Assembly (NCBI GenBank): GCA_026129465.1
Contig: JAHCIA010000001.1
Coordinates: 2,885,503 to 2,949,502 of the forward strand
Length of the DNA stretch: 64,000 nt
From: Flavobacteriales bacterium
GTDB lineage: Bacteria; Bacteroidota; Bacteroidia; Flavobacteriales_F; PHOS-HE28
Direction of reading: 5' to 3'
Part shown: piece after piece, positions 1 to 6,346 of the stretch
Numbering within the stretch: position 1 is the stretch's first letter
Layout: every line of letters begins with the position of its first letter
Made by a program: the position numbers and the translations under genes
Notes under the pieces: generated by a model
Databases searched by the model: none
What the model was told of the DNA's origin: nothing
Seen by the model: only the letters and a program-made list of their open reading frames with translations

Positions 1-1713
1 GACATGAGCGATGCCAACTATGACCGCATCGACCTGCACCGCCCCTTCGTGGATGACATCGTTCTGGTATCAGCCTCTGGCAAACCCATGAAGCGTGAGT
101 CCGACCTCATCGACGTGTGGTTCGACAGCGGCGCCATGCCATACGCGCAGTGGCACTATCCCTTCGAGAACGAGGCTGCTTTCAAAGCCGCTTTCCCGGC
201 GGCCTTCATCGCAGAGGGCGTGGACCAGACCCGCGGCTGGTTCTACACGCTGCACGCCATCGCCACACTCACGCAAGACAGTGTCGCCTATAAGACCGTG
301 GTGAGCAACGGCCTGGTGCTGGACAAGCACGGCCAGAAGATGAGCAAGCGGCTGGGCAACGCGGTGGACCCCTTCGTGATGCTGGACAAGTACGGCGCCG
401 ATGCCGTGCGCTGGTACATGATCGCCAATGCGCCGCCCTGGGACAACCTGAAGTTCGACGAGGAAGGGATCAAGGAAGTGCAGCGCAAATTCTTCCGCGC
501 GCTCTTCAGCACCTACAACTTCTTCGCGCTCTACGCCAACATCGATGGCTTTGATCCGGTCGCGCCGCAGGTGCCCATGGAGCAGCGCAGCGAGATGGAC
601 CGCTGGATCCTGTCGCGCCTCAACACGCTCATGTTCCTGGCCGACTCCGACATGCGTGTCTATGAACCCACCTCCGTGGCGCGCGCCATCCAGGATTTCG
701 TGGTGGACGACCTCAGCAACTGGTACGTGCGCTTGAACCGGCGTCGTTTCTGGAAGGGAGAGCAGGGTGCCGACAAGCTCGCCGCCTTCCAAACGCTGTA
801 TCGTTGTCTGGAGGTGGTGGCCATGCTCAGTGCGCCCATGGCGCCCTTCTTCAGCGATCGCTTGTACCGTGCCCTGACAGGCAGGAGCGTGCACCTCAGC
901 GATTGGCCTCAAGCGGACAAGTCGATCATCGACCACGAGCTGGAACACCGCACATCGCTCGCACAATGGCTGACCTCGCTGGCTTTGAGCATCCGCAAGA
1001 AGGAGGGGCACCGTGTGCGCCAGCCATTGGCGAAAATGCTGGTGCCGGTCACCAGCGCCCCGATGCGTGCGCGGTTGGAGGCCATTCGTGACCTATTGCT
1101 CAGCGAAGTGAACGTGAAGGAGCTGGTGATCCTCGACGCCAGCGCGAGCAAGCTCACCAAGAGGATCAAGCCGGATTTCAAGAAGCTCGGCGCTCGAATG
1201 GGTAAACTCATGAAGAGCGTCGCTGCTGAGGTGAACGCTTTCACCCAAGCGCGGATCGCGGAGCTGGAAGCGAAAGGCTCCGTGAAGCTGACGGTGGAAG
1301 GACAGGAGGTGGAGGTGCTGCGCGACGATGTGGAGATCACCGCCGAGAATGTGCCCGGCCTGAGCGTGGCCAGTGATGGACCACTCACGGTGGCGCTGGA
1401 CATCACCCTCACCGACGAACTGGTGCGCGAAGGCATCGCCCGCGAGCTGGTGAGCCGCATCCAGGCCCTGCGCAAGGAGAGCGGTTTCGAAGTGACCGAC
1501 CGCGTGGATCTGCGCATCCAGGCCAATGGCGACCAGCGTGTGACCGGGGCCGTCCGCGAGCACGCGTCCTGGATCCTTGCCGAAACACTTGCCGTAACCC
1601 CTGAGGACCAGGTGCTTGTGGAAGATCTGGCCAGAGGCGGTGAAGGGGTCCACGAGGTGGAGATCGACGAAGGCCTGCGTTGCGTGCTGCGCCTGGTGCG
1701 GACCGGCCGCTGA
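1..1713 (+). CDS. ileS: isoleucine--tRNA ligase, C-terminal ~570 aa (5' end outside window)
   Basis: Frame open to window edge. Class-I KMSKS loop present as KMSKRLGN. WFDSGAMPYAQ and GVDQTRGWFYTL motifs, followed by an anticodon-binding region. Confidence 0.95.
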   Translation, partial: DMSDANYDRIDLHRPFVDDIVLVSASGKPMKRESDLIDVWFDSGAMPYAQWHYPFENEAAFKAAFPAAFIAEGVDQTRGWFYTLHAIATLTQDSVAYKTVVSNGLVLDKHGQKMSKRLGNAVDPFVMLDKYGADAVRWYMIANAPPWDNLKFDEEGIKEVQRKFFRALFSTYNFFALYANIDGFDPVAPQVPMEQRSEMDRWILSRLNTLMFLADSDMRVYEPTSVARAIQDFVVDDLSNWYVRLNRRRFWKGEQGADKLAAFQTLYRCLEVVAMLSAPMAPFFSDRLYRALTGRSVHLSDWPQADKSIIDHELEHRTSLAQWLTSLALSIRKKEGHRVRQPLAKMLVPVTSAPMRARLEAIRDLLLSEVNVKELVILDASASKLTKRIKPDFKKLGARMGKLMKSVAAEVNAFTQARIAELEAKGSVKLTVEGQEVEVLRDDVEITAENVPGLSVASDGPLTVALDITLTDELVREGIARELVSRIQALRKESGFEVTDRVDLRIQANGDQRVTGAVREHASWILAETLAVTPEDQVLVEDLARGGEGVHEVEIDEGLRCVLRLVRTGR

Positions 1714-1727
1714 GCCCGCGATCCGGC

Positions 1728-1735
1728 TATATTTG
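1728..1735 (+). promoter_or_regulatory. candidate Bacteroidota sigma-A -7 box (TATATTTG)
   Basis: Exact match to TAnnTTTG, 27 nt upstream of the ATG at 1763 in the 49-nt ileS-dksA spacer. Confidence 0.35.
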
Positions 1736-1762
1736 CGGATCTTTCACGAAACCGGGACCGCC

Positions 1763-2716
1763 ATGGCCAAGAAACCCGCACCCAAGAAGGCATCCAAGCC
1801 GGTCAAGAAGACCGCCAAGCCGGCCCCGAAAAAGGCCGCGGCCAAGAAACCGGCCAAGGCGAAACCCGCGGCGAAGAAGCCCGCTCCGAAGAAACCGGCC
1901 GCCAAGAAGCCGGCGCCCAATAAGCCCGTGGTGAAGAAGCCCGCTCCGAAGAAAGCCGCTGCCAAACCGGTGAAGAAGGTCGTGGCGAAGAAGGCCGCGC
2001 CGAAAAAGCCCGTAGTGAAAAAAGCGGCACCCAAGAAGCCCGTGGCGAAGAAGGCGGTCGTGGTGGCCAAGCCGAAGAAAGCCGCTCCCGCCAAGCCGGC
2101 CCCGAAGCCCGCACCCGTGAAACAGGCGGCACCGCCGAAGCCGGCACCCGCTCCGAAGAAAGTACCAGCACCGGCCCCGAAGGCCGTTACCCCCAAACCC
2201 GCAGTGACGAAGGAATCGAAGAAGGCGGCGGCCAAAGAACCCAAGGCCCCGAGCAAACCACTGGTCACCCAGCGCGTGGCGCCCACGCGCCCCATGGCCG
2301 CACCCGTGGTGAAGAAGCAGGTCTCCACCCTGGAGAAATCCGATCGCATCCGCTACAGCGACGAGGAGCTTAACGAGTTCAAGGAACTCATCCTGAAGAA
2401 GCTCGAAGAAGCACGCCGCGACTATGATCTGTTGAAGCAGACCCTGGCCAACACGGACAACAACGGCACCGACGACACCAGCCCATCCTTCAAGATGATC
2501 GAGGACGGCAGTGAGACGCTGAGCCGTGAGGAGACCGCGCAATTGGCCGCGCGCCAGGAGAAGTTCATCAAGCACCTGGAGGACGCGCTGCTGCGCATCC
2601 GCAACAAGACTTACGGCATCTGCCGCGTCACCGGCCGATTGATCAGCAAGGAGCGCCTGCGCCTTGTGCCCCATGCCACGCTGAGCATCGAGGCCAAGCA
2701 GCAGATGAGCAACTGA
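1763..2716 (+). CDS. DksA/TraR-family regulator with a long Lys/Ala/Pro-rich (histone H1-like) N-terminal extension
   Basis: The C-terminal 140 aa match the Bacteroidota TraR/DksA type (RYSDEELNEFKELILKKLEEA ... NKTYGICRVTGRLISKERLRLVPHATLSIEAK). First ATG of the ORF downstream of ileS is at 1763. An internal ATG at 2294 would give the canonical-size protein. Confidence 0.8.
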   Translation: MAKKPAPKKASKPVKKTAKPAPKKAAAKKPAKAKPAAKKPAPKKPAAKKPAPNKPVVKKPAPKKAAAKPVKKVVAKKAAPKKPVVKKAAPKKPVAKKAVVVAKPKKAAPAKPAPKPAPVKQAAPPKPAPAPKKVPAPAPKAVTPKPAVTKESKKAAAKEPKAPSKPLVTQRVAPTRPMAAPVVKKQVSTLEKSDRIRYSDEELNEFKELILKKLEEARRDYDLLKQTLANTDNNGTDDTSPSFKMIEDGSETLSREETAQLAARQEKFIKHLEDALLRIRNKTYGICRVTGRLISKERLRLVPHATLSIEAKQQMSN

Positions 2717-2745
2717 CCGGCGCCGGGACCACGCATCCACAGGCC

Positions 2746-3417
2746 TTGAAGCGCGCCCTCCTCGTCATCCTGCTCGTCCTCGTGGCCGACCAGGCCCTGA
2801 AGGTGTGGGTGAAGCTGAACTTCTACTACGATGGCGCGGTGCCGCTCTTCGGCGATTGGGCCTACCTGCACTTCATCGAGAACCGGGGCATGGCCTTCGG
2901 CATGGAGTTCGGCGGCCGCTGGGGCAAGTTGCTGCTCACGCTCTTCCGCATCGCGGCGGTGGTCGCCATCGCCGTGGCGCTGCGCCGCATGGTGCGCGCG
3001 GGTGCGGGCACGGCCCTGGTCATCAGCGTGGCCATGATCCTCGCCGGCGCGCTGGGCAACATCATCGACAGTACGTTCTATGGGCTGATCTTCAGCCAGA
3101 GCACGCCCTTCCAGAAGGCGGTGCTCTTCCCGCCCGAGGGTGGCTATGCGCCGCTCTTCCACGGCGCCGTGGTGGACATGTTCTACTTCCCCATCTGGGA
3201 AGGGCGGCTGCCGCAATGGCTGCCGATCTGGGGAAGTGAGCATTTCATCTTCTTCCGGCCGGTGTTCAACATCGCCGATGCCGCCATCACCGTGGGCATC
3301 GGTTTGTTCATCGTGATGCAGCGGAAGGAGCGGAAGGAAGCGCTCGACCAGGCCACTGGAAGAGAAGTGGATGGGCCGGCCCCGAAACCACCAACCACAC
3401 CTCACGGTTCCGAATAG
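2746..3417 (+). CDS. lspA: lipoprotein signal peptidase (signal peptidase II)
   Basis: DQALKVWV, ENRGMAFG and FNIADAAITVG motifs with 4 TM segments. Apparent TTG start. The last 9 codons lie inside direct-repeat copy 1. Confidence 0.9.
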   Translation: MKRALLVILLVLVADQALKVWVKLNFYYDGAVPLFGDWAYLHFIENRGMAFGMEFGGRWGKLLLTLFRIAAVVAIAVALRRMVRAGAGTALVISVAMILAGALGNIIDSTFYGLIFSQSTPFQKAVLFPPEGGYAPLFHGAVVDMFYFPIWEGRLPQWLPIWGSEHFIFFRPVFNIADAAITVGIGLFIVMQRKERKEALDQATGREVDGPAPKPPTTPHGSE

Positions 3418-3498
3418 AGCCGGACGCGAAGCCCCAGCATCTGCTGGGATCCGAAACTGATACTGGAGCCGAGGTCGCCGCCGAAGCGTGTGATCGTC
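3391..3498. repeat. 108-bp direct repeat, copy 1
   Basis: 105/108 identical to 4369-4476. Mismatches at 3399, 3405 and 3429. Confidence 0.95.
3402..3498 (-). pseudogene. duplicated 3'-terminal fragment (last ~31 codons plus stop) of the OMP gene at 4380-5276
   Basis: Encodes ...ITRFGGDLGSSISFGSQQMLGLRVRLYSEP*, identical to the C-terminus of the 4380-5276 product. No upstream OMP coding sequence. Confidence 0.7.
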
Positions 3499-3516
3499 CG
3501 GATGCCCGTGGACGCA

Positions 3517-4176
3517 TCAACCTCTGTCCACCACGCAATAACAAGCGATCCCGCCGGTGCAGCACGCGTAATAGCCCGAACTGCAATTGACGCTGCAAGA
3601 GTTCCCACCGCTTTGGCTGCTGCACGCGGAAGAACCAGGTCCTCCACTGCCACATGCTTTGGGCATGCCCTCTTGTTCATTGACCGCAGTTGCGGACAGC
3701 AGTGCCCAAGCGGTCTCGTGATCGGTGGAAGCACTCTCCAAGTTCCAGCCGCCATCCAAAGACAAAATGGAAATGCCTATGACGCCAAATGTGGACGTTG
3801 TGCTGTCATCCTGCCCATCCACTGTGAACACTGTTACTTGACCACGTTCGCTAATGCACCTGACCTTGCGGCCTTCATCCACGACCTCCACGTGCCGGAA
3901 CACACCCGGTATCCCATGTGATGGAAATATTCCCTCACTGCCCTTGTCCAATACGATGGCGCGCAAAGCCAAGGCATTGTTGCCGGGGGTTGTTTCAAAT
4001 AACACGACCTGGCCAGCATGTCCCAATGGATGCGATCTCCATGGTGTGGCCATAGTCACTTCGTCCGGTGTGCGCGAAGAGGTCGCGTTTGGATCCTTGG
4101 AACATGAAGTCACAAGGGCCATGGTAGCTGACACCGACATCGCTATTTGCATCGATCTGAAAGCATTCGGCATGGC
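3517..4176 (-). CDS. hypothetical lipoprotein-like protein with a Cys/Gly/Ser-rich C-terminal tail
   Basis: Longest ORF in the cassette. ATG at 4176 gives MPNAFRSMQIAMSVSATMALVTSC|SKD (signal peptide plus lipobox-like Cys). The tail has 8 Cys in its last 45 aa. Start choice and coding status are unverified. Confidence 0.45.
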   Translation of the reverse strand, partial: AMPNAFRSMQIAMSVSATMALVTSCSKDPNATSSRTPDEVTMATPWRSHPLGHAGQVVLFETTPGNNALALRAIVLDKGSEGIFPSHGIPGVFRHVEVVDEGRKVRCISERGQVTVFTVDGQDDSTTSTFGVIGISILSLDGGWNLESASTDHETAWALLSATAVNEQEGMPKACGSGGPGSSACSSQSGGNSCSVNCSSGYYACCTGGIACYCVVDRG

Positions 4177-4275
4177 TCTGATTCTTTGATGTTGGATCAA
4201 CCATATGGATGTTCCTAGCTCAAGGCCAAACCGACTTGTATCGACAATTGCATTGGAATGGCGATGATCAAATTC

Positions 4276-4285
4276 GGGGGGGGGG
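4276..4285. repeat. G10 homopolymer (C10 on the minus strand)
   Basis: Read directly. It is the longest homopolymer I saw in the window. It lies ~100 nt upstream of the cassette ORF start. Confidence 0.95.
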
Positions 4286-4368
4286 TGATTATCAGCGTGT
4301 TGCACCATAGCCAACTTGCATGGCCAATTCTTTCGATCCGACCTGGGCAGGTCAGATCCATAGCTGCA

Positions 4369-4476
4369 CCAACCACGCCTCAAGGTTCCGAATAGAGCCG
4401 GACGCGCAGCCCCAGCATCTGCTGGGATCCGAAACTGATACTGGAGCCGAGGTCGCCGCCGAAGCGTGTGATCGTC
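4369..4476. repeat. 108-bp direct repeat, copy 2
   Basis: See copy 1. Contains the true 3' end of the OMP gene. Confidence 0.95.
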
Positions 4477-5276
4477 TGGGGCCGAAGCTCGAAGCACAGG
4501 TCCATGCGCCGCAGGAAGTCGCCCTGCCGCGCCAGGCGGAAGGCGAACCCCAGCACGGTCTGCACCGTCACCCAGCCGCCGCCCTGGTTGCGGTAGCGTT
4601 GCTCGCGCTCTTCATGCGTGTGGCGCGATGCGGAGCCGTAAGGGTAGCTCACATCGGTGGTCACCGTATGGCGCACGGTGGTCCGGGCATTGAGCACCGC
4701 ACCCGCGCCCACACCACCGCCGCCGAAGAGCGACCAGCGCGATGGGCCGGAGGTGCGGAAGACGATCGCCGCCTCCACCCCCAAGCGTTCCGCCTGGTGA
4801 CGATACTGGTACTCCTCGGAGCGTGTGCTGTCCACCACGAAGTATTGGCCACCCGTGGAATAGAGCGTATCCACCGGCACGCGATCCGTGCGTGACCAAC
4901 CCAACGTGCCGGCGGTGCCACTGGCATGGTGGATCCCTGCGCGCAACTCGGGACCGGGCTTCTCGCCGTTGTGGAAGGGGTGCAGGCCCAGCGCGATCAG
5001 AAAGGCCGGGGCGGCATCGAAGAACCACTCGCCGCGCCGCATGCCGTAGCCGCTCAGTTCCTCCGGCACCAGCGTGCTGCCAGGGGTCAACTGTCGGAAG
5101 TCCTCGGGGAAGAGATCGTACCGCTCCAAGGTGGAGCCACCGGAAAGCAGTTGCACCGATCCGAGCATGCCGGGCGGCCAGGGACCATGGGCGGAATAGT
5201 CTTGTGCCTGTATGGCTCCTGCGGCCATGGTGGCGGCCAGGACCCATGCGCAACGCCGGTGGCGAAAGCGGCTCAT
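4380..5276 (-). CDS. hypothetical outer-membrane beta-barrel protein
   Basis: Signal peptide MSRFRHRRCAWVLAATMAAGAIQAQ, then Gly/aromatic-rich alternating strands. The start ATG overlaps the asd stop (ATGA). Confidence 0.65.
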   Translation of the reverse strand: MSRFRHRRCAWVLAATMAAGAIQAQDYSAHGPWPPGMLGSVQLLSGGSTLERYDLFPEDFRQLTPGSTLVPEELSGYGMRRGEWFFDAAPAFLIALGLHPFHNGEKPGPELRAGIHHASGTAGTLGWSRTDRVPVDTLYSTGGQYFVVDSTRSEEYQYRHQAERLGVEAAIVFRTSGPSRWSLFGGGGVGAGAVLNARTTVRHTVTTDVSYPYGSASRHTHEEREQRYRNQGGGWVTVQTVLGFAFRLARQGDFLRRMDLCFELRPQTITRFGGDLGSSISFGSQQMLGLRVRLYSEP

Positions 5277-6286
5277 GCCTGGGCTGCGGCCGGGGATCCC
5301 TTCAGAAAGCCGTGCGTATGCAAGTGCTCCGCGATGCGCACCGCGTTGGTGGCGGCACCCACGCGCAGGTTGTCGGCCACCACCCACAGATTCAGCGTAT
5401 TCGGCTGGCTCTCATCCATGCGCAGCCGGCCCACGAACACCTCATCGCGGCCATCGGCCAGCAGGGGCATGGGGTATTCGTCCTTCGCGGGATCGTCGAG
5501 GAGCTCCAGACCGGGGGCTTCGCGCAGCAGGCACCGCACTTCATCCAAGGTGAAGGGTCTTTCGAATTCCACGTTCACCGCCTCGCTGTGGCCGCCGGTC
5601 ACGGGCACGCGCACCGCCGTGCAGGTCACGCGGATCGCGGGGTCCAGGATCTTGTGCGTCTCGTGCACCACCTTCATCTCCTCCTTGGTGTAGCCGTTGT
5701 CGAGGAACGCGTCGCAACGCGGGATCACGTTGCGGTCGATGCGGTGCGGGTAGGCCTTCTCGCCTTCGATGCCGGCGCGTTCGTCCTCCATCTGCCGCAC
5801 CGCCTTCGCGCCGGTGCCGGTGACGCTCTGGTAGGTGCTCACCACCACGCGCTTCGCGGTGAAGGCCCGGTGCAGTGGCGCCAGCGCGAGCACGAGTTGG
5901 ATGGTGCTGCAGTTCGGGTTGGCGATGATCCTGTCCTCTGCGGCGAGCAGGTGGCCGTTGATCTCCGGCACGATCAGCTTCTTGTCCGGTAACATGCGCC
6001 AGGCGCTGCTGTTGTCGATCACCGTGCAGCCCGCTTCCGCGAAACGCGGCGCCCATTCCAGGGAGGTGGCGCCACCGGCGGAGAAGAGCGCCAGGTCTGG
6101 CTTGCGTGCCACGGCTTCCTCCATGCCGATCACGGGCACTTCGCGGCCGCCGAAGCGCACCTTGCCGCCCACGCTGCGTTCGCTGGCCACGGCCAGCAGT
6201 TCATCCACGGGGAAGCGGCGCTCCTGGAGCACCTTCAGCATGACCCCACCGACCAGGCCGGTGGCACCTACGACCGCTACTTTCAT
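5273..6286 (-). CDS. asd: aspartate-semialdehyde dehydrogenase
   Basis: MKVAVVGATGLVGG Rossmann N-terminus, NPNCSTIQ active-site Cys motif, 337 aa. Confidence 0.95.
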   Translation of the reverse strand: MKVAVVGATGLVGGVMLKVLQERRFPVDELLAVASERSVGGKVRFGGREVPVIGMEEAVARKPDLALFSAGGATSLEWAPRFAEAGCTVIDNSSAWRMLPDKKLIVPEINGHLLAAEDRIIANPNCSTIQLVLALAPLHRAFTAKRVVVSTYQSVTGTGAKAVRQMEDERAGIEGEKAYPHRIDRNVIPRCDAFLDNGYTKEEMKVVHETHKILDPAIRVTCTAVRVPVTGGHSEAVNVEFERPFTLDEVRCLLREAPGLELLDDPAKDEYPMPLLADGRDEVFVGRLRMDESQPNTLNLWVVADNLRVGAATNAVRIAEHLHTHGFLKGSPAAAQA

Positions 6287-6346
6287 GATGTTCGGGAAAC
6301 GTGCGCCGGGGGCCGAAAGTACTACCTTTCACACCCCTCCAAAGGC

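Larger units (their letters stand above)
3499..4368. other. low-GC (~45-52 % by eye) inserted cassette between the two 108-bp repeats
   Basis: Hand counts of several 60-nt lines give 43-52 % GC, against ~65 % in the flanks. No integrase or transposase ORF inside. Confidence 0.6.

Noticed and set aside
1616-1762. Upstream extension of the DksA-like ORF overlapping the ileS 3' end
   Set aside because: It overlaps ileS coding sequence in another frame. The ATG at 1763 follows the ileS stop and a TAnnTTTG box.
3402-3755. 117-aa minus-strand ORF ending in the OMP C-terminal peptide
   Set aside because: This is a chimera: its last ~31 codons are the duplicated OMP 3' end (repeat copy 1), fused to an out-of-frame read of the cassette. 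It has no signal peptide. I treat it as a gene fragment and not a gene.
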